A stretch of 64,000 nt of DNA from Candidatus Latescibacterota bacterium. GTDB lineage: Bacteria; Krumholzibacteriota; Krumholzibacteriia; WVZY01. Under the pieces are notes generated by a model. That model saw only the letters and a program-made list of their open reading frames with translations. It was not told where the DNA came from and searched no databases. This document shows, piece after piece, positions 46,035 to 60,471 of this stretch (positions are counted from its first letter, which is position 1; each line of letters opens with the position of its first letter). Location of the stretch: NCBI GenBank assembly GCA_963791045.1, contig CAWBQK010000001.1, forward strand, positions 96,001 to 160,000, written 5' to 3'. The translations under genes were made by a program, and so were the position numbers.

Positions 46035-47582
46035 ATGCGAGGCAGTAATATTTCTTTGGTCCGCTTTTTCTGTGTGATGGCGATCGCCATTTGTGTTGTG
46101 GGCTCTTCCCCACCCGGGGCGAAATCGTCGCGCGGCGGCGTCCGGCATCCCGCCGTGGCCGGACAGTTCTATCCATCGGATCCCGTCAAACTTGGGTACT
46201 CCATCGACGCTTTTCTCGATGACGCGCTCGAGCGGTTCGACGAAAAACCCGTAGCGATCGTGTGTCCGCATGCCGGTTACATTTACTCGGGGCAGATCGC
46301 CGCCGACGCCTACAAACAGGCGTCGAAACACAGCTACGATCTCGTCGTCATCGTGGGCGTTAATCATACGACGGGCGGGTTCCGGGACGTTTCAATTTAC
46401 GACGGCGAGGGTTACAAAACCCCGCTTGGAATCGCGGAAATCGACGCGGAGCTTTCCGCCGGACTCATCGCGGCGGACAACGACTTTGTGTTCAACAAAA
46501 AAGTCCACGAACGGGAACATTCTGTCGAAGTCCAGATCCCATTTATACAGAGGATCTTTCCCGCGACTCCCGTTGTTGCGGCGATCGTCGGCACGACGGA
46601 ACCCGAGCTGTGCGAGAAATTCGGCCGCACACTCGCCGGCATGCTAAAGGACAGGAACGCACTCATCGTGGCGAGCTGCGACCTGTCTCACTTCCCCCTC
46701 TACGATGACGCCGTCGAAGTCGACAAAAAGACGCTTGAAGCTTTCTCCACTATGGAGACAAGCGTCGTGCACTCGACTATCGAAAAACAAATGTCGCGGG
46801 GGGTGGCCAGCCTTTCGACATGCGCCTGTGGAGAAGCGTCTGTTCTCGCCGTCATGACCGCCGCCCGCGAGCTCGGCGCCGACGGCGCGCAGATCATCAG
46901 CTATGCAAATTCCGGCGACAGCCCCGTGGGAGACCATTCGCGTGTTGTCGGCTATGGGGCGGTCGCGTTTGTCAAAGGCGGCGAATCGGCCGAGGTTCCG
47001 CCGCTTCGAAACCCCCAGGACGGTGGCAAGACGGAATTCAGCGAAGATCAGCGGGAGGCGCTTCTCAAGTTCGCACGCAAGACCATTCGCCAGTATCTCA
47101 CCGGAGGGACGGCGCCGCTCGCGCGGGGATTCGATCCGGTGGTCGAAACAAACAAGGGCGCTTTTGTCACCCTCAAGAAAGACGGCGATCTGCGCGGTTG
47201 TATCGGCCACATGATTGACGATCTCCCGCTGTCGCAGGTTGTCGGGTATTGCGCGCTGCAGGCGGCGTTCAACGACCGCAGGTTTTCGCCGCTCGAACTC
47301 GGCGAACTCGATGACATCGACATCGAAATCTCCGTTCTAACGCCTTACGAACAAGTCGACGGTCATCGCGATATCAAAATCGGACGCGATGGCGTTCTTA
47401 TAAAAAAGGACGGCCGGTCGGCCGTGTACCTCCCGTCGGTCGCCGTAGAACAGGGCTGGACACTCGAGGAAACCCTCACCCACCTGTCGCGAAAAGCGGG
47501 ACTCCCCGGTGACGGCTGGAAGGAAGGAACGACGTTTTACACATTCCAGGCGATCGTGTTTGGCGAGGTCGAGACCCACTAA
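46035..47582 (+). CDS. amrB: AmmeMemoRadiSam protein B (MEMO1-like) fused to protein A (AMMECR1-like)
   Basis: N-terminal signal; PAVAGQFYP, PHAGYIYSG, EHSVEVQIPF, DLSH, YANSGD; then GAFVTL..LRGCIG, AAFNDRRF, IEISVL, YLPSVA..QGW, KAG. Confidence 0.93.
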   Translation: MRGSNISLVRFFCVMAIAICVVGSSPPGAKSSRGGVRHPAVAGQFYPSDPVKLGYSIDAFLDDALERFDEKPVAIVCPHAGYIYSGQIAADAYKQASKHSYDLVVIVGVNHTTGGFRDVSIYDGEGYKTPLGIAEIDAELSAGLIAADNDFVFNKKVHEREHSVEVQIPFIQRIFPATPVVAAIVGTTEPELCEKFGRTLAGMLKDRNALIVASCDLSHFPLYDDAVEVDKKTLEAFSTMETSVVHSTIEKQMSRGVASLSTCACGEASVLAVMTAARELGADGAQIISYANSGDSPVGDHSRVVGYGAVAFVKGGESAEVPPLRNPQDGGKTEFSEDQREALLKFARKTIRQYLTGGTAPLARGFDPVVETNKGAFVTLKKDGDLRGCIGHMIDDLPLSQVVGYCALQAAFNDRRFSPLELGELDDIDIEISVLTPYEQVDGHRDIKIGRDGVLIKKDGRSAVYLPSVAVEQGWTLEETLTHLSRKAGLPGDGWKEGTTFYTFQAIVFGEVETH

Positions 47583-47600
47583 CCCACAGAGAGAATTCCG

Positions 47601-49760
47601 GTGATTCTTTTTCTCTTCTCTATCGGTCTCATTTCTATCCTCGGCCAGGTCGTCATCCTTCGTGAGCTGAACGTTGCTTTCTACGGCGTCGAACTTATTT
47701 TTATCCTCGCCATGGGTGTGTGGCTGTTGTGGACGGCCCTCGGTGCGCTTGCCGGACGACGCAATTATTCTCCGGCGGCGCACGTCGTCGAGTGGTTGTT
47801 TGTCTGTTTCGCCGTTCTACTGCCGCTCGATATCGCTTTTATCCGTTCGATGCGTGATATCTTCGGCGCCGTTCCCGGCACGTATTTGCCATTCGGCTAT
47901 CAGTTGCTGGGGGTCGTGATCGCGCTCTTCCCGCCGGGAATACTTCTTGGCCTCCTTTTTCAATGGGCGGCAAAACGGTATGCGGCGGACGGCGGAACGC
48001 TCGCGACCGCATATGCCGTCGAAAGCGCGGGCGGGCTTATCGGAGGTCTTGCGTCGACACTTCTCCTCCAAACCGGCGTGTCCAATTTTTCCGCGGCACT
48101 CGTGTGCGGTCTTGCCGCCACGGTGACAGTGGTCGCCGCCCCGGCGAGCGGTCGTTCGCGCACAAGAATCGCGGGCCTGATCGTGTTTGCCGCCCTGCTG
48201 GTATTGGTATTTACCTCGCGGCAAATCGATCATACCTTGACACGCATCACTCACCCTTCGCTGGTCGACTCGAAAGACTCGCCGTACGGCAGAATCTCGA
48301 TAGAGGAACACTCGGGACAGTATATCGTTTTTGAAAACGACGCGTTTTCATTCGACACCGAGGGCGCGGGGAGCGAGGAACTCGTCCACCTGGCCGCGAT
48401 CCAAATCGACTCTTTGAGCGATGTGCTCGTCCTCGGGGGCGGGCTCGACGGCACGCTCCGCGACCTCTTGAAACACAATCCCCGGCGCGTCGATTTTGTC
48501 GAAATTAATCGCATCCTTCTCTCGGCCATCGACGCGAATCTCCCCCCCGGCTTAATCGAGCCAATGCACCCTCCCTCGGTGTCGACGACCATCGAGGATC
48601 CACGGCGCTACGTGGACAGGCCGGGTCGATATGATCTCATACTCGTGGGGATGCCCGACCCCGCATCGGGGCAGTCAAACCGCTTTTACACACGTGATTT
48701 TTTTGAGCAGTGCGCCGAGGCGCTTCGCCCAGGCGGCGTGCTCGCCTTCCGCCTCCGCTCTCCCGAGAATATCTGGACCCCCTTTGTCACTTACCGGAAT
48801 TCGAGTATTTTCAACGCGCTCAAAATGGCATTTGTGGATGTCGTCGTACTCCCCGCCAGCGCAAATATTGTCATCGCGTCGATGGGCCCGCTCGATCGCG
48901 ACCCGCTTCGTCTGTCCCGGCGCCTCGACACGCTCAACATCACAACCAATTTAGTCACAAGCCAATACGTCAATTACCTCTATACAAATGACAGGTTTAC
49001 AGGGATCGCCGAGAGGCTCTCTTCGACCGACATTCCGGCGAACACCGACCTGCGGCCCATCTGCTACCGGTTCACCGGTATGATCTGGCTGTCGAAATTC
49101 CTGCCCGGTATGATCCACGCGGATATCCGTGGCGACACATCCGCATCGATTCCCCGCCGCGCGGCGATCATCCTCGCGGCGGTTCTCGCGATCGTTTTCC
49201 TCCTCGTGAAACGCCACCAGGGATTGCGAAGGGTCACGCTGGTTGCTGCGGCGGGTTTTCTTGCGATGGTGATGGAAACGGCGTTCATCCTTTATTACCA
49301 GTCGAAGTGCGGGGTGCTCTTCCAGAATATTGGCATCCTCATTATGATGTTCATGGCGGGGCTCGCCGTTGGCGCCATTTCTATCCGTTTCTTGATGGCG
49401 AACAAAAATATCCCGCGACCGATATCCGGGCCGAAGATTGGAATCAGCCTTTTTGGCGGTTTTGCCGTGGTGAATCTGCTTTTTTGGATCGGTTTGCGGC
49501 TTGGCCTCCCCACAAATCTCTCCTCGATTTCATTTTTTCTCTTTGGCGCCGGGTTTCTCGTTTCCGGTGTCTTCGCCTGGATGAGCCTCGACGGTGTTGA
49601 CGACCAGCGGCTCGTCGTTTCCCCGCTCTATTCCGCCGACCTTCTTGGTGGGTGCGTCGGATCGCTCGCCGCCGGCTTGTTTCTGATTCCATTCCTTGGA
49701 ATCGAACTCTCCACGGGGACCGTCGCGGTCTTGTCCGCCTTGTGCCTGCTGCTCATCTGA
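47601..49760 (+). CDS. Membrane protein with central spermidine-synthase-like (SAM-binding) domain
   Basis: About 7 N-terminal and 6 C-terminal TM helices around DSPYGRI, EELVH, VLVLGGGLDG, VEIN, DPR, YDLILV..PDP, RFYT.DFF, L.PGGVL, NTDLRP. Confidence 0.85.
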   Translation: MILFLFSIGLISILGQVVILRELNVAFYGVELIFILAMGVWLLWTALGALAGRRNYSPAAHVVEWLFVCFAVLLPLDIAFIRSMRDIFGAVPGTYLPFGYQLLGVVIALFPPGILLGLLFQWAAKRYAADGGTLATAYAVESAGGLIGGLASTLLLQTGVSNFSAALVCGLAATVTVVAAPASGRSRTRIAGLIVFAALLVLVFTSRQIDHTLTRITHPSLVDSKDSPYGRISIEEHSGQYIVFENDAFSFDTEGAGSEELVHLAAIQIDSLSDVLVLGGGLDGTLRDLLKHNPRRVDFVEINRILLSAIDANLPPGLIEPMHPPSVSTTIEDPRRYVDRPGRYDLILVGMPDPASGQSNRFYTRDFFEQCAEALRPGGVLAFRLRSPENIWTPFVTYRNSSIFNALKMAFVDVVVLPASANIVIASMGPLDRDPLRLSRRLDTLNITTNLVTSQYVNYLYTNDRFTGIAERLSSTDIPANTDLRPICYRFTGMIWLSKFLPGMIHADIRGDTSASIPRRAAIILAAVLAIVFLLVKRHQGLRRVTLVAAAGFLAMVMETAFILYYQSKCGVLFQNIGILIMMFMAGLAVGAISIRFLMANKNIPRPISGPKIGISLFGGFAVVNLLFWIGLRLGLPTNLSSISFFLFGAGFLVSGVFAWMSLDGVDDQRLVVSPLYSADLLGGCVGSLAAGLFLIPFLGIELSTGTVAVLSALCLLLI

Positions 49761-49845
49761 ACGGCGTAGTTGCTAAAAAGTGCGCGTCAAAAACCAGAGG
49801 GCGCGCCGCGCGATCATACAGGCACAGAACCCACGCAACGAAGTA

Positions 49846-49874
49846 TTGTCACCACCAGCCCAATCTGGTAATAT
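49846..49874 (+). promoter_or_regulatory. Sigma70-type promoter for frdCAB
   Basis: TTGTCA-N17-TAATAT with a TG extended -10. Confidence 0.6.
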
Positions 49875-49934
49875 TCGCCATCAACACGTGGTAGATTCTC
49901 CTGAAAAACACCACAGCCTTCAAAAGGAAGTCTT

Positions 49935-50705
49935 ATGAGTAACCCACTTGATAGCACACCGACGCTGAGTCGTGTGCCGGCAAGTCTCGATGTAACACAG
50001 AGCATCACGGGGCTAGTCCTCGCGCTCTTTATGTGGGCTCACTTGCTTCTCGTCTCGAGCATATTGCTCGGCAAGGACGCCATGTACTACGTGGCTGGCG
50101 CGTTCGAGCTCAAATTTCTCACCGGATGGCAGCACGGATACCCGATTATCGTTACGATAATCGGGATAATTGTTTTTGCCCTCTTTATCGTTCACGCGGG
50201 GATCGCGCTGCGGAAGTTCCCTGTCTCCTGGAAACAGTACCGGATATTCCGGCACCAGATGGGGATGATGAAACACCAGGACACAAACCTCTGGTTCTGG
50301 CAGGCGCTCACGGGCTTTGTCATGTTTTTCCTCGGTTCGGTTCACGCCTACATAATGATCACCAATCCGGAGAAAATAGGACCGTATGCTTCGGCCGACC
50401 GTTTTGTAACCGGATGGATGTGGCCTCTCTATTTCTTGCTGTTGTTTGCCGTTGAGATTCATGCGGCGGTCGGGGTCTACCGGCTCGCGGTCAAGTGGGG
50501 CACGTTTGACGGAAAAGATCCGCGCAAAAACCGGAAGCGACTCAAGGTTTTCAAAAACGCGCTGACGACTGTATTTCTTATTATCGGCCTCATGACATTC
50601 GCCGCGTATGTAAAAATTGGAATCGAACACAAAGACAGGGCGGGCGAGCGATACTCACCCGCGGGACATTCATCGGCTTTGCTGGACCGAGGTGATATCG
50701 GATGA
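49935..50705 (+). CDS. frdC: Fumarate reductase dihaem cytochrome b subunit (Wolinella type)
   Basis: [61 protein letters not shown]. Confidence 0.93.
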   Translation: MSNPLDSTPTLSRVPASLDVTQSITGLVLALFMWAHLLLVSSILLGKDAMYYVAGAFELKFLTGWQHGYPIIVTIIGIIVFALFIVHAGIALRKFPVSWKQYRIFRHQMGMMKHQDTNLWFWQALTGFVMFFLGSVHAYIMITNPEKIGPYASADRFVTGWMWPLYFLLLFAVEIHAAVGVYRLAVKWGTFDGKDPRKNRKRLKVFKNALTTVFLIIGLMTFAAYVKIGIEHKDRAGERYSPAGHSSALLDRGDIG

Positions 50706-52679
50706 AAGTCGTCTATACGGATTCATTGGTGATTGGTGGCGGACTGGCGGGTCTCCGTACGGCTATCGCCACAAAAATGAGGGGGCTCGACACAATCGTT
50801 CTCTCGTTGATCCCCGCAAAACGTTCGCATTCGGCGGCCGCGCAGGGTGGAATGCAGGCGAGCCTTGCCGCCGCGATCAAGAGCGAGGGTGACAACGAAG
50901 ATGTCCACTTCTCCGACACCGTCAAGGGGAGCGACTGGGGATGCGACCAGGATGTAGCGCGGATGTTTGCGCAGTGCGCACCCAAGGCGGCACGCGAGTT
51001 GTCCGCGTGGGGCGTTCCCTGGACGCGCGTCCGAAGGGGTCCACACCAGGTGATCATCAATGCGGAAAAAGTCACAATCAATGAAAAAGATGAGGCCCAC
51101 GGGCTCATCACAGCCAGGGATTTCGGTGGAACAAAGAATGGCGAACCTGTTACACCGCGGACGGCACCGGACACACAATGCTGTATGCGATGGACAACAA
51201 AGGCAATCGAACTGGGGATCCCCGTCCACGAGCGCAAGGAAGCCATCGCGCTGATCCATGACGGCAAGACAGTGTTACGGCGCCGTGGTCCGCGACCTCA
51301 TCACCGGCGAACTCATCGCTTATGTGTCAAAAGCGACCACCATCGCGACCGGCGGCTACGGCCGGATCTATTCCGTGTCGACAAACGCCGTAATCAGCGA
51401 AGGCATCGGATGCGCGATCGCGCTCGAAACCGGCGTCGCCGCCCTGGGCAACATGGAAGCGGTCCAGTTTCACCCGACGGCAATCGTCCCGGTGGGAATT
51501 CTCACCACCGAAGGATGCCGCGGTGACGGCGGACTGCTCAAGGATGTGGATGGTTACCGGTTCATGCCGGATTACGAACCCGGAAAGAAAGAGCTGGCCT
51601 CGCGTGACGTGGTATCGCGGCGGATGACCGAGCACATGAGAAAAGGCAAGGGTGTCCCGTCGCCATACGGAGGATCACCTCTGGCTCGACATCACCCTTC
51701 TCGGCAAGGAGCACATCGAAAAGAACCTCCGCGAGGTCAAGGAGATCTGCGAATACTTCCTCGGCATCGACCCTGTGACCGAGTACATCCCCGTCCGTCC
51801 CACGCAGCATTATTCCATGGGTGGGATCCGAACCGACCACACCGGTATGAGCCGTCAGCTCGACGGACTTTTCGCCGCGGGCGAGGTGGCATGTTGGGAC
51901 ATGCACGGATTCAACCGGCTTGGCGGCAATTCGGTTGCCGAAACGGTTGTCGCCGGGATGATCGTCGGTGAATTCGTCGCCGACTACTGCGAAGGCGCCG
52001 ACATGTCGACATTCCAACCTCGTTGGTCGAGAGATTTCGTCAAGCGCGAGGAAGCCAAGATCACCGATATTATAAACAGATCGAGCGGCGAAGACGTTTA
52101 CGAACTCAAAGAGGCCATGCAGCAAATCATGATGGACAAGGTCGGGATTTTCCGCAACGGAACCGATCTCGACCCAAGCCGTCGATGAACTCGAGGCGCT
52201 CGTCGCGCGAAGCCGGAATGTCGCGATACAAAACAAGATTCGCTCGTCCAATCCCGAGCTTGTCGATGCGATCCGCGTCCCGATGATGATCAAGCTAGCC
52301 GCTTGTGTCGCGGCGGGCGCATCCGCGCGAACGGAGAGCCGAGGCGCGCACTTCAGAGAAGACTATCCGGAACGAAACGACCGGGACTGGCTCAAACGCA
52401 CCCTGTCGATCTGGAAAAACGAGGGTGACAATCTGCCCGACGCTCGAGTATGACGATCTCGATATCATGAAAATGGAGATGCCGCCGGGCTCGCGCGGTT
52501 ATGGCGGCGCCACAATAATCGATCACCCGGACACCGAAAAAAGGGTCCAGCAGGTCGAAGAAATCAAGAAAGCGAACCCGAACGCCGACCGGTTCGAGAT
52601 CCAGAAGGCGCTTATGCCGTACGATCTTCCCGAAAAATACAGGGGCAAAAACGAGCGGATAGGAGTTGGTTTCGAATGA
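50702..52679 (+). CDS. frdA: Fumarate reductase flavoprotein subunit, broken by about 6 single-base frameshifts
   Basis: [85 protein letters not shown] spread across frames; shifts near 51137, 51200, 51269, 51670, 52175, 52437. Confidence 0.92.
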
Positions 52680-53434
52680 TCCAGGTTAACGAGGGAGAAG
52701 GCAGAAAACTCAAGTTTCACATCTTCAGGTACAACCCGCAAGTCAAGGGTGACAAGCCCCGGATGCGACATATGAAATCACCGAGGCCGTCGGCATGACG
52801 ATCTTTATCGCGATCAACCAGATCCGGGAGAAGTTCGGACCGGTCGATCCAGTTCGATTTTGTGTGCCGTGCGGGTATTTGCGGAAGCTGCGGAATGGTG
52901 ATAAACGGCAAACCGGATCTCGCGTGCCGGACGCTCACATCGAAGTTCAAAGATGGAGAAATCACGCTTCTTCCCCTCCCCGCTTTCGACCTGATCGGCG
53001 ACTTGTCGGTCAACACGGGTAAGTTCAACCGTGCGATCAGCGAACGCGTGGGCACGTGGATACACGATGACGCCGTGGCGAACCCCGATCTCGACAAGCT
53101 CGAAGAACGGATGGACCCCGATCTCGCCGACGAGATTTACGAACTCGACCGCTGTATCGAATGCGGGTGCTGCATCGCCGCGTGCGCGACCAAGCGCATG
53201 CGTGATGATTTCCTCGGAGCGATGGGGTTTATGAAAGTCGCAAGATTTCAGCTCGACTGCCGCGACAAGAGGTCCGACGCCGATTGGTACGAGATTATCG
53301 GCAATGATGACGGTGTATTCGGATGCATGAGTCTCCTTGGCTGCGAGGACAATTGCCCCAAGGATCTCCCGCATCAGACCAAAATCGCGTTTTTGAGGCG
53401 GAAGATGGTCGGCGCGGTGTTTGGTTCAAAGTAA
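52676..53434 (+). CDS. frdB: Fumarate reductase iron-sulfur subunit, two frameshifts near the 5' end
   Basis: ATGA overlap with frdA; IFRYNP, CRAGICGSC, CIECGCCIAAC, CMSLLGCEDNCPK; shifts near 52766 and 52838. Confidence 0.92.
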
Positions 53435-53517
53435 CCCCGCACCCCACCGGCATAACCCTTCGAATAAGCCCCAACTGAGCATGTTTGGGCTCCCGGTGCT
53501 GTTTTCTAACGATGCGT

Positions 53518-56003
53518 ATGAACTTACTAAAATATCTTGAGCAAATCCGCGGTGCCAGATATACGCTCGCGATCGTGGCAGTTCTCACCATGTTCGGATC
53601 GGTGGCGCTCGCTCAGGAACCTGCCACTCCCCCGTCGGAACAACCCCCGGCGGAGCCATCGATAGTCCCTCCCGCGCAAATCGTCGAGGCCTCGAATAGG
53701 ATATCTGAAGCACTAAACAGTTACCGGCAAGGCCTTGCACCCAGCGACTTCGCAACCGATATTGACTCCCAGATTGTCGCCATCGCCGCCGAGATCGCCG
53801 ACATGAAAATCAAAACCGACTTCTGGCTATCCTCGGATCTGGCGTTGTCCGCACTTGAAGAAATTCAGCGTGAATGGACTCGTCTGGACGACAAACTCGC
53901 TTCGTGGCTGAGGCAGTTCGATTCGAGGATCAACCCGCTGCAGACACAACTTGCGGAAATCGGCGGCGAACGCCAAAAGTGGAAATACACCCTCGGCGCC
54001 GCGGCCGACACCGGGCTTCCCCGTCGCTCGCGGAAAACATAAACGAGGTGCTTGTTCAGCTCAATGAAACACAAGCACTTATCGAAGCTCGCGTTGATGC
54101 CTTGAATCTGGTAAAAAAGAAGGTGAACGATAACAAGGCTCAAACGTCTTCCGCGCTCATAACAGCAAAAGGGGCCGTCCGAAGGGCCCGGTCGGGCGTG
54201 TTCGTCGCCAACAAGCCCCCGATCTGGAAGTTGTTCCGCCAGTCGACTGATGCTTCGGCGCACGCGAATAATCTTGGCGAGTCAGGGCTCTGGGTAGTCG
54301 CTGCTATTAAGAGATTTTACAACCTCTACGAGTTCCGCATTATCTGGCACGTCCTCATATTTATTCTTATTCTCACGGCCATGATCGTGATCCGCATTCG
54401 GAGCGCCAAATGGGATCTCGACCAAACGTCGCGGCAAACCGTCGAGCATGTTTTTAAGCATCCGGTCGCTACTGCATTGTTGATTTCCATTTTCGTGACT
54501 CGGTTAATATACCCCGATGCTCCGTCCGTCATCTTTGAGCTTGCCGCTTTTTTATCGGTCCCAATACTGGCCATTCTCGTCCCACATCTTTTTCCGCGTT
54601 CTTTTTTGAAGTACATCTATGTCTTGTTCGCGGTCGTTGTTTTCTTTCCCATAATTGATCTTTTGGCTGTAGGGAATATTTTAGGCCGCCTGGTTGTTTT
54701 GACGCTCTCGGGCGTTGCGGTATTCATCCTCTCGGCGTGGTCGCGTAAAAGCGGCCCGACGGCCAATCTTACCAATCCGAAGATAAGAGCCCTCATTCTG
54801 GCCGTAGTCAGAATCGGCTCGGCCATTATGTTCATTTCGTTTGCCGCGAACATTATCGGGATGGTCGAACTCGCCAACCTCCTTTTTTTGGGAACACTTG
54901 TTTCAGCATACGTCGCAATCCTCATATTTGTATCGCTTCGAATCATACGTGTTTTTCTGACGGCGTCCGTTAATTCGAATTTCTTCCAGTCGTTTGCGTC
55001 CGTAAGAAAGAATCGCTACCGATTGGTCAGCCGAGGGACAAGCTTATTACGGCTGCTCGGGATCTGTGCGTGGCTCTATTCGTCCCTGCGGTGGTTCGGG
55101 GTTCTGGAGTTCATGACGTCGGGTCTGAAAAACCTGCTTTCAACCCGGTGGACCGTCGGTTCGATGGCGATATCCATCGGCAGCATCGTGGCGTTTTTTG
55201 TCGCGCTGTGGGCATCTGTGCTCGTATCGCGCTTCGTTCGTACGATCCTCAGGGAGGACGTGCTTCCCAGGGCTAGACTTGGCCGCGGGATGCCGGAAAC
55301 GATTTCCCTGATCGTAAACTATGCAATCGTCGCCTTCGGGTTCTTCATCGCGCTCGCCGCTGCGGGAATCGAATTGAGCGAATTCGCGATCGTATTTGGC
55401 GCGTTCGGCGTTGGCATCGGGTTCGGTCTACAAACCATCGTAAACAACTTCATCTCGGGGTTGATCCTAATCTTCGAACGCCCGATCCAGGTGGGTGATA
55501 CGGTGGAGCTGGGAACCGGGGGACTCCTCGGAGTGGTCAGAAACATCGGAATCCGCGCGAGCACGATCCGGACGTTTTCAGGCGCGGAAGTAATCGTCCC
55601 GAACGGCGACCTCGTGGCGGGCCAGGTCACCAACTGGACGCTTTCGGACGTCTACCGGCGAATCGATGTCATCATCGGCGTCGCTTACGGAACGGACCCG
55701 CACAAGGTCATAGAACTCTTGCTCGACGTGGCAAAACAGACCCATGATGTTCTCAAGGAACCGGAACCATCCGTCATCTTCAAGGGATTCGGCGAGAGCT
55801 CACTGGACTTCGAGCTAAGAGCCTGGACGGACTCGGATCAATGGTATGCGCTCAAAAGCGATCTCACAGTGAATGTCCATGACGCGATCGTCACCGCCAG
55901 TATCCATATTCCGTTCCCCCAGCGAGACCTCCACTTTCGCTCGATGGATCCCGGCGCCGGCGAATCGCTCAATCGCATCAAACCGCAAGAAGACCCCGAC
56001 TAA
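53518..56003 (+). CDS. Large mechanosensitive channel, MscS/MscK-like, one frameshift
   Basis: Signal peptide and periplasmic coiled coil joined across a C-run near 54020 to TM region and MscS core (GVGIGFGLQ.IVNNFISGLILIFERP..VGD, IG.R.S, VPNG, V.NWT, GVAYGTD, FGESSLDF, IPFPQRDLH). Confidence 0.88.
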
Positions 56004-56006
56004 GCA

Positions 56007-56426
56007 TCACTCGTAAACGCATACATCGATCCGCTCTATGTAATCGAGATTGGCAAGCGCACGAAGCACCTGTCTGAACTCTATTTGATGGGTGCTCCCG
56101 ATGCAGAGATACTCGGCGCCCGAGCATCCGATTCTCCCCGGCGAGGTTCGATGCACTACAACCGTCGAGTCAATCGCGGCCACCTCTTCCAAGCAAGAGG
56201 GCTTCGCAGGGATACAGAACTCATAGTCCAACGCGCGCCTGCCGTCGGGAGGACCGAAGAGACCGGCATCATCCAGTTGTGACAGATCGAAGGTTATTTT
56301 CTGCATTGTGTCCAAAGAGGGTTCGTCGCCCGTTCCGCTACATCCCGCCAACGCAATACACGAGACCGCCAGGACCATCAACAGAATCTGCCTGCGCAAC
56401 AAACCGTGTGTTCGTTTTGCCTTCAT
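56007..56426 (-). CDS. Hypothetical lipoprotein
   Basis: Signal peptide with lipobox LAGC; 139 aa with several cysteines. Confidence 0.7.
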   Translation of the reverse strand: MKAKRTHGLLRRQILLMVLAVSCIALAGCSGTGDEPSLDTMQKITFDLSQLDDAGLFGPPDGRRALDYEFCIPAKPSCLEEVAAIDSTVVVHRTSPGRIGCSGAEYLCIGSTHQIEFRQVLRALANLDYIERIDVCVYE

Positions 56427-56475
56427 CCTTCACTCTCCATGAGCTGCCAGCACTCTCACCGCGCGGGCAGTAAGA

Positions 56476-56512
56476 ACAAAAAACCCCGTCCACTATTAAA
56501 GCAGACGGGGTT
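56476..56512 (-). terminator. Intrinsic terminator after rpmG
   Basis: AACCCCGTC/GACGGGGTT stem followed by a U-tract on the minus strand. Confidence 0.75.
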
Positions 56513-56539
56513 CTGGACCTCAACAAAGTCCGGATAAGT

Positions 56540-56704
56540 CTAGCGTGTTTCTTTATACAAAGCGTGTTTACGTATTACTGGGTCGTATCTTTTCAGTTGA
56601 AGACGATCCGGCGTGTTCCGCTTGTTCTTTGTCGTCGTGAACATATGCGGGCTTTCCGTGCTCTTCATCTTAACTGTTTCGCGGCCACCGGTTTTTTTTG
56701 CCAT
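56540..56704 (-). CDS. rpmG: 50S ribosomal protein L33 (cysteine-free form)
   Basis: Below the track cut-off. Translates as [54 protein letters not shown]. Confidence 0.95.
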   Translation of the reverse strand: MAKKTGGRETVKMKSTESPHMFTTTKNKRNTPDRLQLKRYDPVIRKHALYKETR

Positions 56705-56735
56705 GATCGAATCGTCCTGTCGTAGGAGCGCTAAT

Positions 56736-56978
56736 CTAGCACTCGATATCCTTGATGGTCAGGCCCTGCTCTTTAAGGAAGGGCATGAGCCCTTTGCGGC
56801 CCACCGTGCGCAATGCAGCGGCGGACAGACGGACGCGCACCGAACGTCCCAGCTCTTCCACAAACAGGCGTTTGCGTTGGAGGTTGGGAAGCTGCCGGCG
56901 TTTCGTCTTGTTATTCGCATGCGAAACGTTGTTGCCCGCCATCGGGCCCTTACCGGTGAGTTTGCACTTCCGAGCCAT
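56736..56978 (-). CDS. rpmB: 50S ribosomal protein L28
   Basis: [31 protein letters not shown]. Confidence 0.96.
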   Translation of the reverse strand: MARKCKLTGKGPMAGNNVSHANNKTKRRQLPNLQRKRLFVEELGRSVRVRLSAAALRTVGRKGLMPFLKEQGLTIKDIEC

Positions 56979-57041
56979 GTCTCAACCTTTCGCGTCGATC
57001 ATATCATGCGCCCCGTTTCGGGAAAACCGTTACGAGACTTT

Positions 57042-57079
57042 AAAGGGAAAGAGCCCGCCTGCGCCAACAGGCGGGCTCT
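57042..57079 (-). terminator. rRNA operon terminator
   Basis: 12-bp stem AGAGCCCGCCTG/CAGGCGGGCTCT directly after 5S, followed by a pyrimidine tract. Confidence 0.75.
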
Positions 57080-57085
57080 CAAAAA

Positions 57086-57202
<117 letters not shown>

Positions 57203-57360
57203 AACTATAATCACTATAATGATAATTGCTACGGTGGGAAAAGGGCAGAGGAAAAGTAAATTATAAAATTATATTCTCTCTGAGACTCCTTTTGACCCAC
57301 CGCGAGTCAAAAATTGACAACTTTGTAGGGCATGAGAACAGACACTTAGTCTTTTAGCTG

Positions 57361-60385
<3,025 letters not shown>

Positions 60386-60420
60386 AAAGGCGAAGATATC
60401 TGCTTCTCTTACCCTACAAA

Positions 60421-60434
60421 AGTTGTCAAAGAAC
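60421..60434 (-). promoter_or_regulatory. boxA antitermination element in the ITS
   Basis: GTTCTTTGACAAC, identical to the leader copy at 62617-62629. Confidence 0.7.
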
Positions 60435-60471
60435 GAATCTGGCATCTCTATTGCCAGGATCACTTCTTCAT

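Noticed and set aside
50702-53434. Programmed frameshifting or phase variation in frdAB
   Set aside because: Too many shifts in both directions and no long slippery tracts; error is the simpler explanation.
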